Shown: positions 50,641 to 62,569 of the stretch, in pieces
How the letters are laid out: each line of letters opens with the position of its first letter
How positions within the stretch are numbered: position 1 is the stretch's first letter
Source: Anolis carolinensis
Lineage: Eukaryota
Assembly: GCF_035594765.1 (NCBI RefSeq)
Contig: NC_085844.1
Span: 94,565,923 to 94,629,922, forward strand
Length of the DNA: 64,000 bases
Direction of reading: 5' to 3'
Position numbers and translations under genes: made by a program
Notes under the pieces: model-generated
Told to the model about the DNA's origin: nothing
What the model saw: only the letters and a program-made list of their open reading frames with translations
Database searches by the model: none

Positions 50641-52182
50641 TACTTAATAAATCTTGAAAGTGTTGCAAAGTTCTTTTTTGTTTTGTTTTTAGTGTAACTG
50701 ACTAATATGGATACCACTCTTGATAATATTCACAATACCCAATGACAATACAATAATCATTTCATTGCTAAATTAATTCATACCTGTTGTAGGATAGGGA
50801 GCCATAACAATCATCAAATTGTGTTTTCCCCAGGTCTTACTGAAAGGAAAGGAGAGGTGGTACAACAATACAGTAATTCCATGCAATGAGTTTACATTAC
50901 TCCATGCTACTGCATAAAGGGAAACTCAAGGATACATTTTCTGGAACAGGTTTCAGTTCTTTATCATGTTTTTCCACCCACTCAGGCTCATGACTACACA
51001 TTGCTGTGATTTGCATTACTCTGTTTGGAACTTGCTAAAACTATATATAATCACCTAAATTAATCCATCTGAAAGTGGGATTAACAACAGCGAATGGACA
51101 GTGCGTAAAACTTTCTAGGCATTTCGTCAGCCATGCCTTGACAGCTTTTCTGTTTTTAGAGTGAGCTATTAATTTTTGAGACACTTAAAAGGACACTGTC
51201 AAAGTGTTATAATGATTTCCACCTATTGCTATTAATGTTTTAAATATATCCAACATGCTTAAAGAGTAATGGAATGACATTCCAAAGCAGAGCTCAAACA
51301 AGCATCAGGAAGAGCTCACTTCCCCCGTCCCACCCCACTATGCCTTTGCCACCATGTCTCAATCCTGCCCTGAAGGGTACACCTGGATTCAAAGCATAGC
51401 TTTCTTTTTTTAAACTCTGCTTCTGTGATGAGTTTCCATCAGGACAGTAATAATGAGAGCTCATTACAGTGGAGAATACATTCCCATCCCACATCTTCAT
51501 AATTATTGTTTTTATAGTGTACCCACCTGAATCTAGAATCCATACAGCATAAGCCTAAACCCAGTTCTTAGAGGTAAGTCCCATCAATGTCAGAGAGCTT
51601 TGCAAATAGGATTAGAGGTGGAAAAGAATGTTTTTGAATATGCATTTCCCCACCAAAATATTAACTTCACACCACCGGAGACCAACAAAAGGATGAAGAC
51701 TATCTTGCCTCAGAAAATCTGTACATTATTTGGGGTTACAGTGTATTTTTTTGGGGGAATAACTGAAGTACTTGAATTTGAAAAAATACAGTATATGACT
51801 TCAAATGTATGTTTGAAAATATGTCAGACATTACTGTGTCTGTTTTTCCCTTATGTTAGTTGTGTTTTATATGGATTGAATTATTTTGTGATAGGAAAAA
51901 CATAACAATTTACAAGGAAAAATATAACAATTTACAAAAATGTACAGTTCTTTTTTTAAAAAAAAAATTGTGCACAAATTTCCATATAGAAAAAAGGTTC
52001 ACATCCTGGTGCAGAAGCTGGATAGCACAATTCATATGGGATCCTCAGAAATGAGAATGAGAGATTCAGATGAATTCAATATGATAATGGTCCCTGTGCT
52101 ACTCGTTTTGTTTTGTTTTTTTGTTTTGTTTTTTTTACAGTTGAACAGAAGCTATGCTTGTAGATCAGAGGTTCTATACATC

Positions 52183-53133
52183 TGTTGCACCCCTAGGCTG
52201 CGTAGGCACCTCAAAACCACACTGAAGCCCCAGAATATAACCAAACAAGCTGTTTATTGAAGGCTTTATGTAAGCAAAAGTGAATAAAGTTCAGAGTCAA
52301 TAAAATTGGTTTAAATCCACAAGAGCAATGAACTTGAAAATCTTAAAGCAAGAGTCTAAGAAAGTCACTCAAAAACATAGTTCAAACCATATACCGAACT
52401 CAGTCCCATGAAAGGCATCAAGAATAGTCCAAACAAGGTTCAAAACCAAGGAATGAGACAAACTGGAACCACAGGAAACAAGGCTAGATTACAGGATCAA
52501 ACTCCAAGGTAACCCAAGGTAATGAAAATCCAAGCAGCAAAGTTACTGGAACTTACAACTGGATCCAAAGGCAAAACAAAGCTGGAACTTGAAGCAAAAT
52601 CCACAGTTGCAAGAATATACAACAACACAGAGCAAAGATCTTACTCTCTTGAATTGCAATATTGCCACCTCTGCTATAGCAGAGAAGAACTAGGCATTTA
52701 AGGAAAATCCAAGGTCTTTCTTTCATGAGAAAATGACTCATTAGAGCACTTCAAAACCAGTTGTTTACTTCTCCATAAACATTCTCGTTCCCTCCTTCGG
52801 TGAATTATCGCTCCCCTCCTGTCAAACTCGTTATCCTCCTCTAAATTAAAATGTCAATCGGACACCTGGTGAACTGGTCTTGACGGCAGAGAGGAATGCG
52901 GTTCAAGACACCTGCTTGCAACCATTCTGTCTCTGGCCCCAGAATCCACTGGAACAGACTCTGGCTGCATCTCAGGCCCAAACGAGTCCACTGGCAAAGC
53001 TGGTTGCATCTCAGGCCCAAACTCTGGCTGCATGTCAGGCTCAAACCCAGGGTCCTCTGGCAAATCAGGTGCAGGGACAATTACTGCCTGAATGAGCCCA
53101 AGCTCAGGCTCAGGCTCAGGCTGAGCTACAACA
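52183..53133 (-). mobile_element. Solo LTR (951 bp, probably Ty3/Gypsy type)
   Basis: TGTTG...CAACA termini; perfect 5-bp TSD acatc (52178-52182, 53134-53138); AATAAA on minus near 52255. Confidence 0.9.
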
Positions 53134-53399
53134 ACATCTGAATTTTGTTACCTACTTGGGACTAGAGTTCCCCGGATTTTTTCCAAGCCACAGAATGAGC
53201 AGGAGAAATCTCAAGGCAAAGACACTGATTTGAGAAGTCCGCATAAATTGATTAGTCTCTAGATATAAATGCTCAGTCCCTAAGTCGCCAGATAGTGCTC
53301 TGTTATCTGTACCATATCCATTTCCCTGGCCCTGTCATAGGTTGTTTTGCACTATCCCATGCCCAACCCTTTTATGGCCTGGTCACGCCCATTTTTATA

Positions 53400-53504
53400 A
53401 TCTTGGTCATTGGCTTTTGTTGAACACGGCCTGATGGAGCCTCAATGGTGCTGTTTTTCTCTTATGTTAATTGTGTTATATATGGATTGTTTTATTTTAC
53501 AATG

Positions 53505-53563
<59 letters not shown>

Positions 53564-53680
53564 TTAATGGATTGTTGCTTTTATGTATGTTTGACTTTCT
53601 GTCTCATATGTAAGCCACCTCAAGTCCCTTTGGGGAAATGGTGGCGGGGTATAAAAATAAAGTTATTATTATTATATTAT
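53400..53680 (+). mobile_element. L2 3' UTR/tail containing (TTA)n
   Basis: gtaagccacctcaagtccctttggggaaatggtggcggggtataaaaataaag(tta)n. Confidence 0.75.
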
Positions 53681-53801
53681 AAATCTATTTTCCTCATTTG
53701 TTAGACTTTTTTTCATTGTTTCAGTTGTGTATTCTATGTAACTATGCTTAAGGATATCACATGGGGCTGCTGCGTGTAATGTATTTAATGGTTGAAACTG
53801 A

Positions 53802-54544
53802 GGGGCCATCTAGACAGCCCGTTTAATGCGGGAGTTCCTGCAATTAAAAGGGGGTTGTTCAGATTAAGTCCTAGGAAAACGCGAATTAATTCACCACAAA
53901 CCAGGAAAACACTGGTTTGTGGTGAATTGATTTGTTAGTATTCCGCACCTTTTGGGAAGGTGTGGGATAAACTTGTACTTCCGCTGTCTGGACTGCTTGC
54001 TCAAAAGTTCTGGGCTTTTGAGGGGGCAGTCCAGACAGTAGTCCCATGGTTTTCCAGACTAAATTAGCCCAGAAAACCATGAGAACACAAACCCCTTCAA
54101 CAACCCCCCCCAAAAGCACCCCCCCAAAAGAAAACTAATTTTAAAAGTAAAAGAACATACCAGGCCTCTATTAGAGTGGTGCCGGAGCTCTCCTGGCACA
54201 TAGGAATGACATGCCAGGAGAGCGGGGGGTGGGAGGGGATCAGGAGCAATTTTCCTCTTCCTCTCCTCCCCCACTCTCCTTGCATGTCATTCCTACGTGT
54301 CAGGAGAGGTCTGGCACCACTCTAATAGAGGCCTGGTATGTTCTTTCACTTTAAAAAGGAGTTTTGGGGTGGTGGGGAGGCAGTTTGGGTGTCCGGGTGT
54401 TCTCCTGGAAAGATCCAAGAACACATCTGGACACCCACCCCAGAAAACACACATTTTCTGGGGCATGTGTAGATTATGAACTGGGAACATTCACATTTTT
54501 AAAACGCAAATGTTTCTGGGTTATTGGGTTGTCTGGATGCACCC
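53802..54544. mobile_element. Harbinger-like non-autonomous element
   Basis: TIRs ggggccatctagacagccc / gggttgtctggatgcaccc, 3-bp TSD TGA, long internal inverted repeat. Confidence 0.85.
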
Positions 54545-54615
54545 TGAGAGATAATATCATTTCAGTTGATTTGGGAGGAAGAATTTACCCACATCCCCAA
54601 ATTTGTTTCCCTATA

Positions 54616-54938
54616 CAGTAGAGTCTCACTTATCCAACATAAACGGGCCGGCAGAACGTTGGATAAGCGAATATGTTGGATAATAAGGAGGCATTAAGGA
54701 AAAGCCTATTAAACATCAAATTAGGTTATGATTTTACAAATTAAGCACCAAAACATCATGTTATACAACAAATTTGACTGAAAAAGTAGTTCAATACGCA
54801 GTAATACTATGTAGTAATTACTGTATTTACGAGTTTAGCACCAAAATATCACGATATATTGAAAACACTGACTACAAAAATGTGTTGGATAATCCAGAAT
54901 CTTGGATAAGCGAGTGTTGGATAAGTGAGACTCTATTG
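54616..54938. mobile_element. Tc1/mariner-superfamily MITE
   Basis: TIRs and TA TSD. Confidence 0.92.
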
Positions 54939-55057
54939 TATTTGTAAATGTGAAACAGACTTTACATATAGGTCCAAATTCTCTTACTGGTTTTTCCAGT
55001 ATAAGTTTCATCTATGGAATATTGGAAAGCTACTGCTAATCAGAATATAGTACATAA

Positions 55058-57022
55058 CTAGCTGTGCCCGGCCACGCGTTGCTGTGGCTTAATCTGGTGG
55101 TGTTGGTCAGTCTACATTAGGTTGTATTGATGCTGTGACCTCCACCCTTCTTTATACTCACATTAGTAGTAGTATTTGAAGTCTGTTACCTTCTTTAATT
55201 TTTGTGTTGATTGATAATTGCTTGAGATCCCTGTTGTCTTTGGTTTGTTGTTAATTGTAATGTCTGATTCTGCTGAGTGCGGTTTATATTTTTATTGTGG
55301 TACAATAGTCTTTTTTTTGTTTTGCCTGTGTAGGTGTTTATTATTATTGTTGTTGTAGTGATTATGAAGGTTGGATAAGTTAGATGCTACTGTATTGTTT
55401 TTTGGAGGCCCAGTGTAGCACTGACTGGCCTCTCAGCCTCAGTGCCTGGCTCTTTCTTGCCTGTGATGGTGTTGATTCTTATTGTTGTTGTTGTTGTTGT
55501 TGTCATTGTTATTATTGTAATTGTTTTTTTGGAGGCCAAGTGTGAATGTAGGGATTGGGGAGGTGGATGAGTTGTGTTGTCAAATGTTGTATTTGTTATA
55601 GTCACAATGCGTTGTTGTGAGTTTTGTGGGTCTGAATTGTGGTTTTGTGGTGTGGTTGTGTTGTTATAACTGAGAGGCAAGGCTTTTGTGTTGTGTTGCG
55701 AAGTTTTGTATTTCTGGGTCATTTAGTTGTGTGCCAAGTTTTGTATTTCTGGGGTGTTTAGTTGTGTTGTTATAGTCACGATGCATTGTTGTGAGTTTTG
55801 TGGGTCCGGTGTGGTTTTGTGGTGTGGTTGTGTTGTTACAACCGGGAGGCAAGGCTTTTGCATTGTTTTGCCAAGTTTTGTATTTCTGGGGCGTTTAGTT
55901 GTGTTGTTATAGTCATGATGCGTTGTTGTGAGTTTTGTGGGTCCAGATTGTGGTTTTGTGTTGTGGTTGTGTTCTTACAATTGGGAGGCAAGGCTTTTGC
56001 GTTGTGTTGTCAAATTTTGTATTTCTGGAGCGTTTTGTTGTGTTATAGTCACGATGCGTTGTTGTGAGTTTTGTGGGTCCGGATTGTGGTTTTGTGGTGT
56101 AGTTGTGTTGTTACAACCGGGCGAAAAGGCTTTTGTGTTGTGTTGTCAAGTTTTGTATTTCTGGGGCATTTAGTTGTGTGCCAAGTTTCGTATTTCTGGG
56201 GCATTTAGTTGTGTTGTTATAGTCACGATGCATTGTTGTGAGTTTTGTGGGTCCGGATTGTGGTTTTGTGGTGTGATTGTGTTGTTACAACCGGGAAGCA
56301 AGGTTTTTGCGTTGTGTTGTCAAGTTTTATATTTCTGGGGTGTTTAGTTGTGTGCCAAGTTTCGTATTTTTGGGACGTTTAGTTGTGTTGTTATAGTCAC
56401 GATGCATTGTTGTGAGTTTTGTGGATCCGGATTGTAGTTTTGTGGTGTGGTTGTGTTGTTACAACTGGGAGGCAAGGCTTTTGCGTTGTGTTGTTAAGTT
56501 TTATATTTCTGGGGCGTTTAGTTGTGTGCCAAGTTTCGTATTTCTGGGGCGTTTAGTTGTGCTGTTATAGTCACGATGCATTGTTGTGAGTTTTATGGGT
56601 CCGAATTGTGGTTTTTTGGTGTGGTTGTGTTGTTACAACCTGGAGGGAAGGCTTTTGCGTTGTGTTGCCAAGTTTTGTATTTACGGGGCGTTTAGTTGTG
56701 TTGTCATAGTCACGATGCATTGTTGTGAGTTTTGTGGGTCCTGTGTGGTTTTGTGGTGTGGTTGTGTTGTTACAACTGGGAGGCAAGGCTTTTGCATTGT
56801 GTTGCCAAGTTTTGTATTTCTGGGGCGTTTAGTTGTGTTGTTATCGCATGATGCGTTGTTGTGAGTTTTGTGGGTCTGGATTGTGGTTTTGTGGTGTGGT
56901 TGTGTTGTTGTAACCTGGAGGCAAGCCTTTTGCATTGTGTTGCCAAATTTCGTATTTCTGGGATGTTTAGTTTTGTTGTTATAGTCACTGCGCAAACAAC
57001 TTTATCATTTTATATATATAGA
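55058..57022 (-). mobile_element. Complete non-autonomous Helitron
   Basis: Minus strand: A|TCTATATATAT 5' end, 3' hairpin GCCACagcaacgcGTGGC 13 nt before CTAG|T; inserted between A and T with no TSD. Confidence 0.92.
55601..56990. repeat. Helitron-internal minisatellite, nine units of ~137 or 174 bp
   Basis: gtcac anchors at 55601, 55775, 55912, 56048, 56222, 56396, 56570, 56709, ~56845, 56984. Confidence 0.93.
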
Positions 57023-57089
57023 TAATGGATTTGGTGGGCAAGTAGATGCTGTATAAAATAAATTTCCTATATTCCTGAAAAAAGCCAAT

Positions 57090-57305
57090 CTAGTATAGAG
57101 GATTGGCTATGACTCTGGAGAGCAAGGTTCAAATTACTGTTCAGCCATGAAACTTACTGTGTGATCTTGAGCAAGTCACACTCTCAGCTTGAGATGAAGG
57201 CAATGGCAAACCTTTTCTGAACATATCTTGCCAACAAAATGCTGTGATAGAATAGCCATAGGTTGGAAACAACTTGAAAGTAAACAACAACAACAACAAC
57301 AACAT
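57090..57305 (+). mobile_element. CORE/MIR-related squamate SINE with (CAA)n tail
   Basis: ggttcaaatt B-box-like, tgtgtgatcttgagcaagtcac CORE, ttggaaacaacttgaaag..(caa)n tail. Confidence 0.75.
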
Positions 57306-57389
57306 ACTGTAGTTCACACAGTAACTCTGATCATAGTAGTAGAGTAGAGAGGAAGAAGAGAGCTCTACAAATGCCATGGAAAGCTCAAA

Positions 57390-57960
57390 AGAGAAATGAA
57401 TGGGTGTTGGGACATATCAAGCTTGAAGTCCCACTAGAAGCCAAAATGATTAAGCTGATACTGTCATTCTTTGGACATACAATAGAGTCTCACTTATCCA
57501 ACATAAACGGGCCAGCAGAATGTTGGATAAGCGAATATGTTGGATAATAAGGAGGCATTAAGGAAAAGCATATTAAACATCAAATTAGGTTATGATTTTA
57601 CAAATGAAGCACCAAAACATCATGTTAGACAACAAATTTGGCAGAAAATGTAGTTCAATATGCAGTAATGCTATGTAGTAATTACTGTATTTATGAATTT
57701 AGCACCAAAATATCACGATATATTGAAAACATTGACTACAAAAATGCATTGGATAATCCAGAACGTTGGATAAGCGATACTCTACTGTACTATGAAATGA
57801 TATGACTCCTTAGAAAAGTCAATAAAACTGGTTAAGGTGGAAGACAATAGGAAATGAGGCAGAATACACTGCAGATTAATTGATGCAAGGGAGCCATGGC
57901 CCTGAGCTTGCAAGACTTGAGCGGAGCAGTTGATAATTAGGGATCCTAAAGGTCTTCATA
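57390..57960 (+). mobile_element. Decayed RTE/BovB ORF C-terminus split by a MITE
   Basis: NEWVLGHIK.EVPLEAKMIKLILSFFGH [MITE] DSLEKSIKL.KVE..RK.GR resembles the BovB ORF end. Confidence 0.75.
57480..57787. mobile_element. Tc1/mariner-superfamily MITE
   Basis: TIRs (right one internally deleted) and TA TSD. Confidence 0.9.
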
Positions 57961-59067
57961 AGACAACTTGGAATTTAAATAATAATAGAGGTGTGGTAGT
58001 GATGATGTCACTGACTATATATTGCAACTGTTTTTTAAATACTGTTAATTAATGTTTGCTGAAAATGAACATATGAAGTGCATATCTCTTAAAAAGTATA
58101 TGAATTGAGGTTTATGATAGTGAAGGATTTTTTGTTTTTTGTTTTTAAATCAATTTGAAAAAAACAGTGTATATGTTGTGCTTTCTTCTCCATGGGGCAG
58201 CAGAGTTGTGTGTTTGCTCTCACCTATCCAATTGGCTTCTTTCACATTCTTTTCATGTTTTTCATTTTGGGCTTGTTAATCAATATGCTAATGGCACAAC
58301 ACTGGCTCTCCACTGAGCTGTATCCTCAGTTCTGAGTACCAACAAATATTAGCTGATCGCTTGCCACCTAAGTCGAGGCTCACAGTCATCTGGAAACCAG
58401 CTTCAAAAGTCTTGGATTTCCCAAACAATAGGGCTTACCAAAGCTGAGATAAGTTAAGTACAAGAGTGATTCCATGGTGTAATCAGGCAAAGCAATGCAG
58501 AGCCTTGTGGAAGATTAGAGTTTGATCTTTGAAACTGATCTCCCAAGCCTGGAGGACAAAGCTTGAATAGCCTTGTGGAAACAATAGATGAAATATATAT
58601 GCTCTTTTCTTCCGCCATCAAATGGCAACTGACTTTACTTGAGTCAGAACTGAGGTCCACTGCAGCACACCATTTTTTTTTATTTGAAAGTATTCAAATA
58701 AAGTTACAGTCTTATGCACACTTCTCCTGATGGAAGGCGCATCAAATATAATGTGTCCTCCTTTTTTTGGTAAAAATATTGAACATTGTTTTGTAGTCTT
58801 GGACCAGAGAGAGTTGGGTTGAAATCTGCAATTACTCACAGATTTGATCATGTGAGAGAGGGAAATCAGAACCAGACCAGGTTTGTTTCTCAACAAGATG
58901 ACAAAAGGGCAACTGCATTCATTTACACACATATCTGGGTCAAGAGGTTTATTTCTTACAACAACATTGGGAATGGAAGCTAAACCTTTTTCCTGTCCCA
59001 GCTTTGCTTTTTCCTGTTTTAGATAAAAAATACCAGGATACTGGAACTTCATTACCTTGTGTCACTA

Positions 59068-59538
59068 GAGCCCTTCCACACAACCATAGGTAAAGGTAAA
59101 GGTTTTCCTCAGACATTAAGTTTAATCATGTCCAACTCTGGGGGTTGGTGCTCATCTCCATTTCTAAGCTGAAGAGCTGGCATTGTCCATAGACACCCCC
59201 ATGGTCATGTGGCTGGCATGACTGCATGGAGTGCCGTTACCTTCCTGCCAGAACAGTACCTATTGATCTATTCACATTTGTATGTTTTCAAACTGCTATG
59301 TTGGCAGAAGCTGGGGCTAACAGCGGGAGCTCACTCTGCTCCCTAAATTCAAACTGCTGACCTTTTGGTCAGCAAGTTCAGCAGCTCAGCGGTTTAACAT
59401 GCTGCCCCTGGGGGCTCCCCCAAACCCAGAATATCAAGGCAATATCTGCTTTGAACTGGATTATCTGAGTCCACACTGCCATATAACCCAGTTCAAACCA
59501 AATAATGTGGGATTTTATACAGCTGTGTAGAAGGGGCC
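59068..59538. mobile_element. Short Harbinger-like MITE (same family as 34263) interrupted by a Sauria SINE
   Basis: gagcccttccacac ... gtgtagaaggggcc; body is the reverse complement of 34263-34401. Confidence 0.8.
59088..59418 (-). mobile_element. Sauria SINE, full length
   Basis: (ggtaaa)n tail at left, ggggctcc head at right. Confidence 0.92.
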
Positions 59539-60366
59539 TATGCCGTCACACCCAGGCACCTTTGAAAGCTTTAAGATGTGCTTCTTCCTTTGCCTAGGTG
59601 AACTGCGGGGCCTTATTTAGAAGCTCTGGAAATCCCAGTAACCAAAGGCACTTTGAGTTGAACAATCAAACAAAATTTTATTTTCACAAAGTCTATGGCA
59701 GACTTGGCACACGTAGTTAAGGGTGCAAATATAAACAGTCAACTTATAAAACCTTGCAGATGTTCCTTTCTTGCTTTTCCCCTTTAGTTGCTGGTTCCTC
59801 CAAAAGTGAAGAAATCCTGAGATCCTCTTTCTCTTAGCCCTGAGATATCATAAAGAGCAGGTCTATAACTATCTAAGCTCCAAGCTAGTTTTGGAGGTGA
59901 AGTAGATAGAACTTCCTCCAGTGGCAGAGAAATCCTGAGATATTCTCTGCCCCAGTGCTAAGCTACTATTTTTAGAAAGAGCAAGTCTTTCCCTATCTAT
60001 GCTCCGCACTGGTTTTAAAGGCAGGTCAGTACTTACAATGGCTTTGTCAGAGTTGGCCTGGCTTGGCCACACAAGCACATCTAAGTTCTTTCTTCTTCAG
60101 TCTAGAAGGCAAGGGGCTTCTCAAAATGGAGCCATCTTTCCCCAGGAAAAGGGGTGGTCTCCAGAACAACAAGATACATTTGCAAGCTGCAAGCAGTAAA
60201 GCTTTGCAAACTGAAAGCAGCAAAGGCCTGCATGCTGGTTGCAAACCTCTGTTAACGGCTAGCCATCAGGGTGCTGCAGAATCTGCAAACCCCTGGAATA
60301 AATGCAAACAGATGCTATTCCTACAACTATGAAAAAATGCAAACCAAACCTCTGGGGGACGGAACA
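59539..60366 (-). mobile_element. Solo LTR (~828 bp)
   Basis: Inverted termini tatgccgtc / gacggaaca (one TG mutated), 5-bp TSD gggcc (59534-59538, 60367-60371), AATAAA on minus near 59680. Confidence 0.75.
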
Positions 60367-61199
60367 GGGCCTAAGAAACAACCATTTGTTGTCTTCCAAA
60401 ATGAATGACCTGGAGTTACTTAAAGAACTTCAGTGTCCTTCATAATCCAACCTGCTGAAATATCCTATGCACATATTTCCACATGGGCTGTAATCCTAAA
60501 CTACTTCGAGAGATTGTACTACAGATTGGGTAGAACCACAAGGCTTGATTCCAAAATATATTTGCCAGAACTGGACTTTTCATTCCAGTTTTGCCTCCTA
60601 TTTCCCCCCACAATTCCTGAATTCTTACTGCTCATTCTCAGACAACATTAAAATCTACCAAGTCCAAGCAGTTTAGATAGCTCTGTATGCTTCCTTACAA
60701 TGTAAACCATGCAGTGCACACCTGTTGAGATGCAATTAACACCAACATGGATATAAAGCCCAAATGTTTCTAGATTTTACGTGGGCAAAATGATTCCAAT
60801 GTTCCAGGACCTCACTTCAATGTATATCCCTGATGTGGGCATCCTAAATTTAACAGTGGGACATTGTTCATATTAGGCATCTGTCAGTTTCATTTCCTAG
60901 AATTCCATTGTGATTTTGCTCTGTCCCAGTTCATCTGCAAGACATTTTATTCTTCCCTCAGGAAAATCTATGCAAATCTATGCATGCCTTTTTCCAAATT
61001 TTATTGTCCAAATTCTTCCATCTAGGTAAATTGCATTGTGCTCCCCCAACATGTACATTTTTGAAAAACACACTTAGCTTGAGCTGCATTTTGTCTTTCA
61101 AAACTCATCACAATATAATGAGAAAACAGTTCCAAACAACAATAATGTCCCCAAACATTGTGCACTGCCTGCAAAATAATTTAATGTTTGTGTATTTGT

Positions 61200-61330
61200 T
61201 TAATGTTTTTGCATATTTGTATATACTGTATTAGATTATGTGATTTCACTTTTAATTGTAAGCCACTTTGAGTATCCTTTGGGAGAGATAAAGCAAGGTA
61301 TAAATAAACATAAACAACAACAACAACAAC
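61200..61330 (+). mobile_element. L2-type 3' tail
   Basis: tgtaagccactttgagtatcctttgggagagataaagcaaggtataaataaa..(caa)n. Confidence 0.65.
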
Positions 61331-62569
61331 TGGAAATACATAAATTTCCAGAACAAGATGTGCTTTTACAGCCTTCGGTGGTACAAATGAAAGTTTCTGT
61401 ATATAAACATGAACCTAATGATTTTTTTTCTCCGTTGCTATTATATAATGTACTGACTAGCCATATTGATCTTGTGGTATATTTGCCAGATATCAGAGTA
61501 CATGCTTTGACCTATGTAAGTTAATGCTTCTAGTAAAAAAGGATAATGGCTTCACTACACTAGTGGATGTAATCTGGACATATCTGAAGAGCCTAAGGCT
61601 GTTGCTCTAACTATATTGAACAAGGATAGAGAAAAATTTGGATGTAAGTTTTATCATGGGGATGGGAAAGCTAAACAGATTCAAGAGTGTAAATTGCTTT
61701 TTAGCATTAAACTGTCAGCTTTAAATATGATCCTTTCTGCTAAAAGTCATCATCATACATTATTGTTAAATCTGGAGCCATAACATCCACTAAGCATTTA
61801 ATTCTACAATCTCAGGCCTTACCCCTTCTGCTCCAAAACCACCCACAAGCCCAAAATAAAGTTGAAATTCATATGCTTCCAAAATGCATCTCCTAAATTC
61901 TCCCTAAAGGTTTGATGTTAAACATTACCAAAACATAATTTAAGATTTCCCTGAATGGTTGATTATCTGTATCAGACTTCTTACTGTATATATTAAGGCT
62001 GTGCGAACTTTCAGTTAGTCATTATAGGTACAATCAAATTCATTAAATTTATACTTACAACACAATATGTGACATGTGGGCATGGCCTGTGCCAAAAACT
62101 TAAGAATCGAAACTTACCCAATACTTTTTTGTTTGAATTTTGTAAACCTCAGAAGCCTCTCAAAGTCAGTTTTATTTTCAGCACAAGCAATCAAAGCAAA
62201 CCCAAAAAGGCTGCTGCTTCTCTTTAAATTAATGGCTTCTCACAATTAGGATAGGGAAGCAGCAGGAAGAAAGCAGAATTCCCTGGGAAAGAAATTGAGA
62301 AAGCACAGGATTCTGGAAAATGTAGTTTGGGAAGGTGATGAGCCCTGAGCCAAAGAATTCAAAAGGCCCTGCCATAAACTACATTTCCCAGAATTCTGCT
62401 CAGCATCAGAAAGCCCCAATCAGGATAGAGTTGAGATTTGTCCCTTGGTAGCAGCAGCCAGTCAGAGTTCCAATAAATTGTTGAATCTGCAAAGAGGAGG
62501 ACTGACTGATATTTCTAGTAAGTAAATCTCTGTGCTGAACAGAAATCCCTAAATGGAAGTTCTATTGGT

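Noticed and set aside
55387-56995. Thr/Asn- and Cys/Val-rich ORFs; superficial CRISPR-like periodicity
   Set aside because: Translations of a tandem minisatellite; no unique spacers, eukaryotic context, no cas genes
58618-59052. 144-aa minus ORF and a possible 84-nt plus-strand exon (58797-58880)
   Set aside because: No recognisable domain, composition not convincing, no supporting neighbouring exons
1828-59418. tRNA-like A/B boxes at several positions
   Set aside because: All are SINE heads continuing into SINE bodies; no complete cloverleaf tRNA gene seen
59534-60373. Apparent 7-bp TSD gggccta around the LTR
   Set aside because: Better explained as a 5-bp TSD plus a TG>TA mutated LTR end, because tatgccgtc aligns with the opposite terminus tgttccgtc
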